DNA from: Leucoraja ocellata
Taxonomy: Eukaryota
DNA length: 64,000 nt
Reading direction: 5' to 3'
Assembly: GCA_036785375.1 (NCBI GenBank)
Contig: JAWMAR010000340.1
Coordinates: forward strand, 1,550,001 to 1,614,000
The translations under genes were made by a program, and so were the position numbers. How positions within the stretch are numbered: position 1 is the first letter of the stretch; each line of letters starts with the position of its first letter. The notes under the pieces were generated by a model. The model did not search any database, was not told the origin of the DNA, and saw only the letters and a program-made list of their open reading frames with translations. Below are positions 12,690 through 26,413 of this stretch, piece after piece.

Positions 12690-12702
12690 GTCGGGGTCAC
12701 CA
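12690..12702 (-). promoter_or_regulatory. Primer-binding site for tRNA-Trp
   Basis: TGGTGACCCCGAC on minus, 1 nt inside the 5' LTR; the plus strand GTCGGGGTCACCA equals the 3' end of vertebrate tRNA-Trp. Confidence 0.9.
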
Positions 12703-12703
12703 A

Positions 12704-12931
12704 TTTAGTGGTCTGAGAAACGACTACTGGAGTTTTCAAAAAAGCTTTATTCACAAGTTTGGTTGCCAGTATGCAGGTTCTACAGACACGTCTGCCCACA
12801 CCGGTTGTCAGGGCTGAACTAACGCACGCAAGTGAAAAACCACGCGAAACAAGCAGCTCCTCCCGAGTCACGTGATCGCAGCTTCCGAACGCCGGGTTCG
12901 ATCTCTTCATGCGCTAGCAAGCGCCGCTACA
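12704..12931 (-). repeat. 5' LTR of the Gypsy element
   Basis: Direct repeat of 8550-8777; on minus begins TGTAGCGG and ends CCACTAAA. Confidence 0.95.
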
Positions 12932-15900
12932 ATCAAATCTTATCATTACTTGGAATAGAAAAAAAAAAATTTCTATTTCTTCCTAATATACAATAGAGCT
13001 AAGGATTTGAGCTTCAAACACAATTAGCTTCCTGACATAAGGTAAGCCTTACAATTCTAAGGTATTTCATGTAATTTTGTAAATAATTGGAAGTCATAAC
13101 CTGAGTCATAACCTGACCTTAGCAGAACTTAATATGCTCAAACCATCTGTTGGTTAGTACACAACTAAGTTATTATGTTTTATTTAAAATTATTTAAATT
13201 AACAGTATATATTTGCATTATATGTTTCATATTTTATTTGTGACTGCACAATTGATAGATTTGTTTTAAAATAAATAAGCCATGTAATTAATTCCTCTGC
13301 AAAAAAAATGGTAATGATTCATTTTGTTTCATTGTTTATAATTAAGCTTAAGTTATAAATTATATTGTATGTTACTTCAGCAGGTTACAATAGTCCTCCA
13401 TCTATTTTGATCTATTTGATTGCACAATCAAATATTGAGTTACAAAGATTTCAATCTAAGAAGTCTTTTAAATATCGTATCATTTACATCTCAACTACCT
13501 TGGGTATGTGAGATTGTTAAGCCTAAATTCAATTGCCATTAATTAAAAACTTCATTAGGCTCCAATCGATAGCATACAATCTTTAAATGTTGTTTAATTA
13601 TTGGACAGAAGTAGCATTGAAGACAGACTGCGAGAGCTTGAGAATTATGAATAAGAAGGCGGTCAATATGTAATGAAGGCACACCCAACAGCAGAGAAGA
13701 GTTTCAAATCTCATTACAAATAAAATATGCATCACATTTTTTCATAATTTTGTGGGCTCATAATTCTACAAGTTATCAGAATGTTAACTACTATAAATGG
13801 TATGTAATAATCTTGATTTATGAAACCTTCCAGTATTGTAAAATCTAACACAAAAATTGGGTACCTGTTGAAAATTCAAATAAAGATTCTACATCAGGCT
13901 GCCAAATGTATTTTCATTTAAATAAATACTAATAAACTTCAATCCACTATGTAAAATGTAACCAATATTATAGTGTGAAGTATATTAATTCTGAACAACA
14001 TTAACATATGCCACTAAGAGGCAGCCACGTCTTCTGCTGAAGCAATATCAGTGATGTATTTTAATTAAAATTATTTTATTTTAAAGTAAAGATGGAAATT
14101 ATTTTTTGCAGAGAGAATTAAGGATTTTTTTTTGTCTCCCAAGTAGGACAAGTTCTTTTTTTGGCATTGTGTGAATATATAGTCTAAATTGGTCTGGAGT
14201 TGTAGTTATTATTGAACATAATGTAGACATTTTCTTATTTTCCCAGTATGGTCATTATCAACACGGGAAATTTTCTGAATAAATATATATATATGTGATA
14301 AAACAATATTATTTAACAAAGTCCTTCATTTGGTTCTTCAACGATCAAGTTTGACAGGCTTTTATTCTCACTAATTCTGTCAATTCTGAAAATACAATAT
14401 TCATCAAAGCACAGGCATAACTAAACTTTCCACGTTGCAATGTGATTGAATCCACTTAAGTATACCTAAAATTATCTTTTAATAAGTTTGAGTGAAAACA
14501 TTTTTGTGCCTGTTTATTGCAATGCCCAATTAAATAGATTTACCCAAGAATCACCTAATATTGGTCCTTGGGTATCATTAGCATAAAACAGTAAGCTCTG
14601 GCTGCCAATGAAGCATCCTGATGAGAGTAAAATTCAGGTGTTTTTGAACTGATTGATTCTGGGTCGGCAGTAGCCAGCAGTATTTCTGTGCAGAGCGCAT
14701 ATACTCCTTGTTCTATATTAATGTTAATGAAAATAAACTTTACTTACCATGTCTCAGGCTGTCTTTGGGGGTTCATTCAAACACCATTGATTAGGCTACT
14801 GCAGTGCCAGAGAAACTAGTTGATCTTGTCCAGTGTGGGCTCTTCTTAGCTTTTTTTTTAACCAATTTCAGGGAGTTATCCGTAATCTGATGTTAACATA
14901 TGCAAGGGTCTTATTGCCTGTTTAAGGTGGTCATAAATAATGCCTGCGTAGTACCCGAGTAGTATCCAAGTCAATACCTTAATGGATATATTTCAGGCAT
15001 CGTTCTACCTTGGCTCACCAAAATAATCATATATGCCTATTTTATGGCTGAAAAACAAAATGATGCATTTCTTTCCTTAATTTATCTGGAAATATTGGAA
15101 ACATTCATAAATTTGATGTTAAAATTACAATTATAATTCTGTGAGAAACAATGAAAATTGTCTTACATTTAACTAAAATAATGACAAATTTCAAAGATGT
15201 AGACAAAGGCAACAAACACAAATTAACTGCTAAATAGCCTAAACTACACGTTACTAAATTGTTGGTAACGTATTTTTCAATCTGGAATTACCCTCCCCCA
15301 AAAACAATCAAATTCATGCAACAGCTGGAAAGCTTAGTCTAATGTCCTGTACTTAAATGTGGAAGGTCACAGAGTACTGATCTAAGGAACTGTGAAGTCT
15401 TGCTCATCCGACTGTTGACACTTAGTAAACGGAGAAGGAGGGACTTGTGTGTGCATCTGCAAAAGTATAAGCCCAACAGCAGAAAGAATAGGAAGCTGGT
15501 TCTATTCATGATTTGCAGGGGTCCTACTGAATCAGTGGGGAAAGGCAAAAAGCCCCTCCACCACTTCTGCATTAACTTGTATTATAACAGGATTAAAGTA
15601 AATTTAGCTCCTGTATTAGCATACTTTAACCCCATTCACTCTTACTTGATGTTTCCGATGGCCTTTGATCAGCCTTGCATGGTGCTGGTCAACTCAGAAC
15701 GAAGCAGTCAGAAGTGAGACTGTGAAATTATCCTGATGTTGGATCTCACAAGAAATGTTTGTTGGAGCTTTCATCCACTTTCAGAGAACACCCTTACAGT
15801 TCCCATCCCATTCTGTGAAAGTAACTTTTGATCTCATCAGAAGATGGCCACTTGCCAGTCAGCCAGTATATATTTTAAGAAAGGGAATTTGAAATGTATT

Positions 15901-17439
15901 TCATTTTTTTATCATCTTGTCATGCTATTTCTAGAGCTTATTCTCCCGTTTATGTATTCATTTGCATATAAATTAAACGCGCATTGTTGCTTCCAGGCAG
16001 TTGTGCACAAAAACATTGACTTTACCAGAGTTCTTTGTTTTATTGCTCCATGCAGCAGCTAAATGGAAGGGTGGAGAAACCAGAGTAAATTTGTACCAAT
16101 TTATTTGCTTGTTTGTTTTCTAACTATCCTTTTAATATCTGTATTTTTAAACATTTGCTCATTGTAACCCCAAAAAAAACTAATATGACATAGAAGCTAA
16201 AAATGCAAAAGTGTTCTATTACTTTCAGTGTTAACCTACTGAGGAAACCTACAGTGGGAAGTATGTATTCAAAAAATCTTCAGGTTTATAAATACAGTGT
16301 AGGCACCCAAACAACAGTTTGGGTGATGGAAACTCATGCTTAAGGAATTCACAAATCACTACCAAAAGATTGAGGTACAAAATAAAAATGTGTCCGAATG
16401 AAATTTATGCGAGAAAAAAAACCTAAAGAAACACAAAACAAAATACAGAAGAAATAGCAAATGTTGTTAATTTTTCCGAAGCGTTTGTATTACATAAAAT
16501 CGCAATACAGATGGGTTTCCAAGAAAACAACCCCGCTATAAAGCGGGGGTGTACCATACATTTGTATTATGTAGCTTCTTGCTTACATTTGGAAATCACT
16601 AAACTGAAACTGTTTAGCAAATATGATTCTTAGATTTTAAATCCAAATGCTTAAAGCTAAAATTAATAGGTTTGGTACATTTTATTGAATTTAACAGGTT
16701 AAGCCAATGTATCTGGTACAGATAACTAAATTATAATTATCATAAGACATATAATTTTAAGAATTCATTAGGTACTTCTGAAAAATGCTTATATTATGTC
16801 AATAGCTGAGTAGATTTAATTAGATAATGGTATACAGTATATAGGCATAGATAATTTTTGAGATTGTTAATGAGCTGTAATTCAATCCCAAAGTGATTAC
16901 CTTATGTTACTAGGGGAAAATATCTTTACATTACATACAATGTTACCATTATTAATTTATTTTTTAAAATTAGTTCAGTAAATATTGTTCAAAATGGTCT
17001 ATTTCTCATGAAGCTAGGAAAATTTTACATGACGAAATTTTAGAAATATTGGTGGATTCACCAAATTTCAAACAAATGTTAACATTTTTCTGCATTATTT
17101 TATAATCTCAATGGAAAAATAAGTTTAAGATCTCTTACCTTTTTAGTTTAAATGTTTTCAGTGATTTGGAACTTTAAGTTGAAAGTTATTTTGCTGCCCT
17201 TATGTACACTACAGAATTCATGAAAACTACTTCCTAGTAGTAGGATAGATCTAGTGTATGGGGTGATTTTCTTTTCTTGTCCTTTTCTTATTAACAAATA
17301 GTTAATAAAAGCTCATTCTAAGTATCTGCAGACTTTAGAGCTGTTTAATAAAAAGGTTTATTCTCCAGATTATTAAATAAGATAGAAACCAGGCAGCTGT
17401 TGTTTGTAAAGGAAAAATGTTGGATTCCAAAATGTTTGG

Positions 17440-18220
17440 ATGTAATTCATGCAGTGTTGGAAAATTGGACATATTTCAGTGCAATCACTTAATGCATTGA
17501 ATCATGGTCAGGATCAAATTATTTTAATGATGCGCTTATTCAATTTATAGAATATAAGGACAAGGAAGTCATGAAAAATCTTTGTAAAACATTGGTTCAG
17601 CTTCAACTGTATTACAGGGTCCAATTCAGGACACCATGCTTCAGGAAAGATTTGAAGGCCTCAGAGAGGATGCAGAAGCGATTCATTCAAATAAATCAGG
17701 AGATGAAAGATGTTAGTTGTGTAGATTGACTGGATATTATGATGTTTTTCTCTCTCCTTGGAACAGGGGCAGTTGATACTTTAATCAGGGTCAAGGCAGA
17801 CAGAATGGAGCAAATCAGTTCCCATTGATGACGTTTAAGAATCAGAATCAAGGTAACTGACCAAAGAACCACATGTAGCACAGGTAAAGAATTTCCTCGT
17901 GGTGCAAGTGGCTAGGATTCAGAAAGTAAAGCCAGTTGGGTGGTGGACAACAAGCAATGAAAAATTTGTAGATACTAGAAACCTGAAATAAAAACAGAAA
18001 TTCTGGATACATTAAGCCGGGTAAACAATATCCATGGGGAGAGCAACACTTAACTGTCAGGTTTGGGGATAGTGGAAAGTAAAACAGATTAATTGCAGTA
18101 CTCGGAAAGAAAGGAAATGTTTAGGGTGATGGGGAAAACACAGTAGAAAATATCAAGCTGAATCACTGTTGCATTAGCCTGGCTTGTACTTGATGGGCCA
18201 AATGGTCTGTGTTGCTATTT
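17440..18220 (+). mobile_element. Very old CR1/L2-like 3' fragment with an embedded minus-strand pLTR-like piece (~17970-18065)
   Basis: Decayed motifs TATAAGGACAAGGAAGTCATG...AAAACATTGGTTCAG...AGGAAAGATTTGAAGGCCTCAGAGAGGATGCAGAAGCGATTCA, also seen at 49560-49640 and 50920-51080; tail-like GATGGGCCAAATGGTCTG. Confidence 0.55.
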
Positions 18221-21099
18221 TTCCGGTCAATGCTATTGTCCCATAATATCAATGCTAATATGGTGGCATAATCATATTAATTTCATGTATCGGCTGCTTT
18301 ATGGATGAAATCAGCAAATTTTAAATAAATATGTGAACACACTTGGTTAGATAATGGACAGAACGTTTTACAGGCTTGTAATACCAGAAGTACAATTGCA
18401 AAGCTCACAAAATGTCTAGACAAAAATATAATTTATGAAATATAGACATAAACATAAATATTCCCTTGTAGGAAAATAAATTAAACTAAATCCATTAATT
18501 CAAAATATAGGACATATTTTCTGTAAAAGTAAAACAAAAGCAAAATATTCATGTGGTATGGTTATTTCTGTAATCAATTCTAGTCCTTGGTTTTACATGT
18601 CAAGATGAAATGCTGTTAAGTTGTTGTATTTTTGCAAAGTTTGTTTTAGTGCTATTAAGTTATATTTAATTAAAATGTAACTAATTTATTATAGTTGAAG
18701 CATTCCTTAAATAGATCATAAGACTCTTTGTATTAAAACAAGCAACTGACACAGCAATAATTTAAAATACCTTTAATACCTTAGATGATTTTGTTTATTT
18801 TGTTCCTTAAATTTTATGGATAATTTCTACAAATGAAATTATGTTATATTAGATGGAGTACCATCAATAATTAAATTTCATTTTTCATGTTCTATCACTG
18901 CATGTTACAATAGCTTCATTATGACTGCATTAGGCTGGCGATAATTGTCCAAATTTTGGATTGTTCAAGCTACTAATTCTGTGCTACAATTTTAGCTGTG
19001 CCGTGTAACCAAGCAAATCCACATCAGACAAAGCAAATATCAAGTACAAAATCAAGTTTTTTCTCATAATCATTTGTCTTCTTCCCCAACCATACAAGAA
19101 CACTCCATCCCCCACATATGTTCTTTTTTATTTCATTTCCTGCTATTATACTTGCCATTCCTGTGAGATTGCTAATTTATGTATAAATGTGAGTAGGTTT
19201 TTATAGTGGGTTCATGGGTCGATGGGAATTCATTTTATATATGAACCCTATAGCCAGCTTTGAAGAGAGATTTTCATTCCATCATTTGAGTCTGCAATCA
19301 AATCCATGGCCCAAAGGTAAAAAGACAATATGTACTGAACCATGGGAATATTTTATCCATCGTAATATATATGAAATGATCAAGTATCATAGTGCTTCTG
19401 ACATTCTTTAAAAAAGAAATGCAAGAATACTGCCATTGATATGCTTGAATAAACTGAATTATATGAAAATCTTTTAAGAGCTTCAAAAATGACCACATTG
19501 AATTGAAAAGATCACTTCACTAGGTCCATTCAAGCTCAAAAACAAGAAATTACCATAAACTGCATAATCACCGTAAGATGTATTGCTTCTCTGTTAATGA
19601 GCCTAAAACTTTTATGCATCGTGTACTATTTTCCAAGAACACATGAAGAAAAACATTTAGGCTTAGATTATTATTATTAACAGAGTTAGTTCATCATAAA
19701 GCACCATTAATTGAAGAACTGGATTTGACTTCAGATTTTCAGCTGAAAGATGGGACAAAAATTGTTAGACCCACACACTATCACTGTCCAGTGATTTCCT
19801 ATTGAAAAAGGATGCATGTGTAGATCTTGGTTGAGGCCAAAGATCATAGAGGTTGAGGCAGGGTAGAGGACTGCCACACTAACGTCCACAAATGAATATT
19901 CTGCTGACATTAACAATGAGGGTTATATATAAAAAATGGATACTGGGTTAAATTATAGATGCAATACATAACCACTATAGATGTTGACACCTGCAAAGAT
20001 AATGAAAAGAAAATGAGAACAAATAAAAAATATATTAAAATGACATTTTATAAAAAAGTATAATCAATTGTTTCACTGTTTGAATGTAGTTTCTCACCAT
20101 GACTTGTTTCGCTAACTTGTATTCTTTTGTGCTGTTATCTCTAAATGTAGGTATAAAAGTGTACTACTATTAATGAAACGTACAATCTTAATGGTTATAT
20201 TGTAAAAATTAATGTCAATTTCAAAGAATATAAAATCAAGTACATATGTACTTATGTGCAACAAATCAAGTCTTACAAGGAGTCGCCAACAAAATATTGT
20301 GGGGAAATTAATTTTTTTTTTTTTTTTTTTTAATTCTTTTTATTTCACTGCTGAAGTTCCTGTACTTTTGCACTTCTATGTATTTGTATGTTCTGCTGTT
20401 CAATGCTTTTCTCTCATTCTTTTATTCTGGCTTTCTTTGCTTCCTCCCTTTTTATATATTTTTTCTTATTAATGGTATATCTTTGATTTTAAGGTCCATC
20501 ATTAGGAGCGGTATGCTGAAAAGTCAACTGCTTCAAGCATTTACCAAAGTCTGCTTTGGTTCAACCATTTGGAGCTATATGTTTCATATCAGAAAACCCA
20601 TTGTACGTGATTCAATTAATCACAGAATCAGAAACAGGCCCGTTAGCCCACCAAGTCCATGTTATCCCATCAAATTTGTTACTCTTTTCTACATTCAGGA
20701 TTCTGTTCACATAGCATGTATTTCTGTTTAATTTATTAGTCTTCTAACTATTTAATTTATATAATCATTCCCTGTATTTTCTTTTTATCAGCATTTATTA
20801 ATGACTCTCTCTAATGTTGTTTCAGATCTTTGATATCTCTGTGTATTTTAAGGCCCCAGGTAAAATTTAAAAAAATGCTAATCATAAGCAAGCTAAAACT
20901 AGTGCAAAAACAGTAGGCATCCAATGATCATTGTATGAGAACCAACCATGATTTATTGCAATATTATTCAGGAACTAAAGAAAAAGCATAGAATATCAAA
21001 TAAAGATACAACTGATAAGCATGAAAAACATGGTAGATGTAGAAATTGACATAGAAAGTGCAGTACAGAATGGTGAATGGTATGCAATTCAAGGTGAGC

Positions 21100-21795
21100 T
21101 AGCCATTTGGATTCAATATTAGCATGGAGGAACGAGTCAAAGGGCAGTTGTTGTTGCTTTTCATACTGGAGGTCTATGACCAGTATAGTACTGCAGGGTT
21201 CAGTGCTGGGCCTACTGCTGTTTGTTATATACATTACTAAATTTGCAGGTGACATCAAAATTAGTGGTAGGTACAAAGTGAGGAAGGATATCTTACTTTA
21301 CACCAAGATTTAGAAAAGTTGGGAAACCAGGTCAAAGAACATCAAATAGAAGTTAACTCAGACAAAGGTGTGGTTTTGCACTTTAGTATGTCAAATCAGG
21401 GCAGGACTTGGTAGAACCTTGGAAAGTACTGCAAAACTGAGAAACCTGGCTGTACAGGTGCAAGTTCCCAAAACGTGACAAGTCATGTGGACAGTGTGGT
21501 GAACAAGCATGCTTACCTTTATAGGGAAGGGTATTGAGGTCCCTCTTAAATCATTCCCCTCTGACCTTTGTCACTCTGAGGGTATTATGAATTTGAAATA
21601 AGCATCCAGAGGAAGCTATAGAAATGCGTGCAATCGTGACTTTTAAAGACATTCGGACAGATATATGGGTAGGAAGTGTTTAGAGGCTATGGGCCAAATG
21701 CAGGCAAATGGGATTAGTCCAGAATGCCAATGTGGTTGGCATGGACAGGGTGGACCAAAGGACATGTTTCGATGATATACAGCTCTATGACTCCA
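21100..21795 (+). mobile_element. Old internally deleted CR1 (RT core plus 3' end)
   Basis: ORF 21107-21313 gives VLQGSVLGLLLFVIYI..KFAGDIKI (PQGSVLGP / FADDTK); 3' UTR GGGCCAAATGCAGGCAAATGGGATTAG...CTCTATGACTC. Confidence 0.8.
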
Positions 21796-24700
21796 TGGTT
21801 TTACGATGGAAATTTCAGCAGAATCTTGAAAAGTAGGATAACTAGGGCTTTTGCAAAATTGATGAAGAAGGGAGTAATAACAGAAACTGCTAAAGCAGAA
21901 AATGGTCCAGTCACTTGATGTGATATCACCATGCAACCGACCTTTTTAAACTCCCTTGTTAAAAAGATGTGAATAAATTTACATGTGAGTATCATTTTAC
22001 ATAAACTACATAGAATATTATATTAACCAGATTCCCTTGTTAAAAGCTACAGTCACTCGGAAATATGACTCCATGTCTATTACTGGAATCAGCACGTATT
22101 GTTAAGTATGTATAATGTTAATGAAATTTGAATAATCAGCTCAATGAGGTCACTGTTTATGAATTTGTACTATTTCATTGTAATCTACAACCTAGTTAGT
22201 AAAATTTGCACAGTATAGAAGAAACATGTATCACCATTACAGCATTTTTTTAACATAACTGGGTTCCTACAAGGAATATGCTATATTCAGTAATTATTGA
22301 TGATACTTGTTGGTTCAACATTAAGGTGGAAGTGTACATACTTTCAGAACGATTGATGTGCAGGAAACCAATGTCTCCAAACAAAGCTTGTGCCAAAAAG
22401 AAAAAAAAAATGAAAGTGAAAAGTTACCAGCTGTATTTTTGAATAGGGTAGACTTTTAGTATTCAAATAATTACAAGACAACGAGATGTGACATTCATAA
22501 GAAAATAATTGCTTTGAAGTGTTCCTTTAAAACTTAAAAGAAGCATTTTAAAAGAGTCTTATGTTGGTTGTGTTTTATCCAGCTTCACATTAACTTGAAG
22601 TTATACAATATGACTTGATAAAAGAAAACAAACCAGTCTCCACCCTAAGTTATGTGCAATTGCAGTCCTCGAATCAGTCAAAGTATTTGCCTAGATTGCC
22701 TTTCTTTCTTTTCGTCTTCCCTGGTGAAGGAAAAAAATGCTCCACTTGGTGTCTCCCCAGATGTTCGTGCAGTCACACTCTGTGGGAAATCAAGCAAATC
22801 AGTTACCCATTAGAGAAGCAATATGTTGTGCCATTCATATCGGCATGGTATGTTTGATTCTAAACATTTTACAGTGATAGTGAAGGATTTTCTTTTCCTC
22901 AATCTAATTGTAAACCATATTCTTGTAAGAAGAATGCGAGGAGAGAATCATTTTTATTTGATGTCACATTTCATGTATTCTGGAATTTTTGTCAGATTTA
23001 TTATTAATGATGGAGAGGAGGATGTGCCGTTTCTATTCAATATTGTTGACTTTGAATTTAAAAGTATTTTCTTCGTATATTGTCTAGTTTCTCACATCTA
23101 ATAAATAAATGTCTTCAAGCAGACTGAACATTGGAGTCTCATCAGAAGTATGTGCACATGTGCACTACACATGGCTTCCTCGTGATGCATTGCTACCACA
23201 AACGGGCTCAACTGTTCTGGAGCAGTCTAAAGAAACTGGTGAAATAAGAAAGCGAATCCTCATTTAACCTTCTTAAACCACCTCTGAAACATTTCCATTT
23301 CAATTCTGTATCTGCCTTTGATCAATGCCAAGTGTTTTTCTGTATCGGATCTGTCCTATTCTTTATTAACATTCGCTTGTGGTTTTATTTATTACTAGGA
23401 TGTTATACACAAAAAAATATATCAAATAGTGCAGTCGCGGATCCCACATCGTTGATGAAATTACCAGACTGCAATTTCTAGCAATAACAGGAAAGTAAAA
23501 TGGAAACTTTAGTTTGGTTCGCATTTAATATGTCATTCTTTTATCAGTTCGTGCCTTTTATTTTAAAGCCCGAAGTACAATTAATACTAAAACATGCGGT
23601 CGATGGTGAAATACTGGTCACGATCTGAAATCTAATATGGTATATTCAGAATCTCATTACTTTTCCCTGGGAAAGTTTAATCTCTCCGCGGGTCTTACTT
23701 AATAAATGGGGATCAGCATATATGCACGGATTCAAATGTTTACTCTTTCAGGTGCGCAGCCCGAACCGGTGAACACATGAGCAGGCATAGAATGTAAACT
23801 CTCATGAATGTATTGCTAAAGGCTTGCAAATATAAAATGTCTGCATTTAATACGTATTAGTCTAATTTGATTTAATATGACTGAAGTACCAACGAGGAGA
23901 CAAGTAAACTCTGTGAATTGTTTTTCAAAGTTATTTCTTTGCCTTGACCTTGTAGGTGCACTGACAGTTTCTACATACACGTATTCTAATCTGTAGATTC
24001 ACTGCTGTTTACCTTACTAGAAATAATTTTAAAAATAGCCATTTCATCCAAACTACAAATAGAAACATTCACAATAAATCCACCTATTCACAATAAATTA
24101 TATTTTTCAACTTGATTAATTTCGAAATGTCCACTCTGAATCAAATGCTTGAAAGGCCAGCTGTATGCAATAATTGATTTGTTGATATTTAATATTGTGT
24201 ATGCTCTAGTACAACTCTTCCTGTTATGTTATTTCATGATTTTCTTTTGGTATAATCTAGGCTGTTAGACTTTCAAAAATACCAAGTATGATTGAGGCCC
24301 CATTATGCAGTAAATGCTGAGTTTTAACGTTGACAATATTTCTCTAAATTCTAAGCACGCTAGGGGAATGTATTAAAGTCTCATATGATGCAAAAATCTA
24401 TTGACCATCGATATTATTTTCTGTGTATTATTGTTGAAATATTATACATTTAGAAGGATCCTTATAAATATAATTAGTGAAATGTGTGTGTTTTGTTTGA
24501 ATGTTCTGTAGTTTCTCCATGCGCGGGTCTTCAACATCAGTTGGCGTTATTTATTGAGTGAAATAACCCAAATTATTTATTTCTCGAGCGTGCCGTGTGT
24601 TTCAAGTACATAGTCAAACGTGATGTTCTGATAGGTCAATAAAGTTGGAAGAATATTATTCAATACACAAGGAACGCAATACATGGATGCTCAAAGATTT

Positions 24701-26270
24701 GTCTATCAGTTGAAGGTCGTATTCATACTTAGTCATTGAAAAGACCAATATCAATTTAGCATTCAACCGTGTCCAATGCAACGTTCTAGACTGAATGTTT
24801 GGAAAATAAGTTGATGGCCAATTATTTACATTGTTAGCCTGGTTGTTCCAAAGATAACGGGTTTTTTAAGCAAATTATTTTAATGTCTGTGAGTTGTTTG
24901 TCTTTTATTTACAATGTATCCTGTTTAAATATCTACGGGAAATATTATAGATTATGTTGCAGGCCAGTGATTCACCTAAAGTTGAAATGACCATTAAAAA
25001 ATAAGTGTTCTCTCTGGTGTAATTTTGGAAAAAACAGAAATTCTACTTGCACAGAAATAATGAGTTTCTCTTTATTTTGAATGCTATAAAATTTTGGAAT
25101 TAAATTGTTTATTTCGTTAAAAAAAATTGCTTTCTAATGTGTTTTTTTTTGCATAATAGGACGAAGACAAAAATACAGATTTTTTTCAGATGTTCTGTCC
25201 TTCAAACAATCTAACCGTTTGCAAACTGTGTATTATATAGTTCTTAGTGATCAAACTTATTATGACCCTTGCAATAGACTACATAAGAGTGCATTCTGTA
25301 GCATGATAATGACATTTATTTCTGCGATTGTTTCTGAAATCTGACTTTTAAATGTTTCTTAATTTGTGTAGCAAATTTCACGTGGCCCAGCATCGGGTCA
25401 CCTCGGGGCATGTCAGTATATACAACTGTCGTTAAAATTATTAGTAATACTTTTTTTTCCTTTGTGTAGAAGCGCATGTATATTCATGGGTCACTTTGTC
25501 CTGGTCAGTAATTACTCTTTTCCAGTCTGCAATGGTGAGGTGAATTTGAATGATTTTCCCCACGTTTCTGTTCTTGCTTGTTGCGATGGAATAGTGATCT
25601 CTACTTCGACCCATTTCTGCCACGGAAAACTTTCTTATCTTTGTCGCCGATTTGCATTTTTAAAGTTTTGTAAATATGTGATTTGTGCTGGGATTGTAAC
25701 CAATGGCTTTTTATAAAGTTATTATGTTACAATTGAACACCCATCTAGTTAAATTTTATTGCGACAGCTGGTCTGATTCTCTGTCCTGTAACTGCCTTCC
25801 AATATTAGTTCATGTATTTTCTAGTAATTCTTAGCAAGACCTTGCACTTATTCGTTTGCCGTTTGCAATCAGGTGTTCAAGAGAAACTTCCAATGCCGAA
25901 AGTACTGCCAATTCAAGGTAATGTTGATTTTTTTTTAAATAATTGTAGCTTTTCCTCAAGGAAGCTTTTGCAATACAATACATTTAAAAATCTCATTTGC
26001 GGAAACAATGTGATATTAGGCAAATTTCTTAATGTTAACATAATCAGAATCTGATGTAACGGAAAAAATACGCCTCACATTTTGAACTGACTCCACAGCT
26101 AAAGAAAACATAAAGAACTTGCATGGAATTATTTAATTTGTAGTTCAGGTCGATAATATGGTCATTAAGGCGCTGGATTTATTTCTAGCGCTTCCATAAC
26201 AGTAAATTATTCAGTTTGTGACAATCACTGAGATTGCCTCATTTTTAAATATCAAATAAAAATAAAAATT

Positions 26271-26413
26271 NNNNNNNNNNNNNNNNNNNNNNNNNNNNNN
26301 NNNNNNNNNNNNNNNNNNNNNNNNNNNNNNNNNNNNNNNNNNNNNNNNNNNNNNNNNNNNNNNNNNNNNNNNNNNNNNNNNNNNNNNNNNNNNNNNNNNN
26401 NNNNNNNNNNNNN
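26271..26413. other. Assembly gap (143 N)
   Basis: Run of N. Confidence 1.

Larger units (their letters stand above)
8550..12931 (-). mobile_element. Full-length decayed Ty3/Gypsy LTR retrotransposon (4382 bp)
   Basis: Two 228-bp direct LTRs, PBS, PPT and domain order gag-protease-RT-RNaseH-integrase on the minus strand. Imperfect 4-bp flank match ATAA (8546-8549) / ATCA (12932-12935). Confidence 0.96.

Noticed and set aside
8478-12910. Similar ORFs at 8478-8756 and 12281-12910 (MQRSNPAFGS / MKRSNPAFGS) suggesting a gene pair
   Set aside because: They are translations of the two LTR copies.
14748-15047. Putative 300-nt minus-strand exon (acceptor TTTTGTTTTTCAG, donor ATG|GTAAGT)
   Set aside because: All three frames have early stops, and splice-like motifs occur by chance; no transcript evidence is available.
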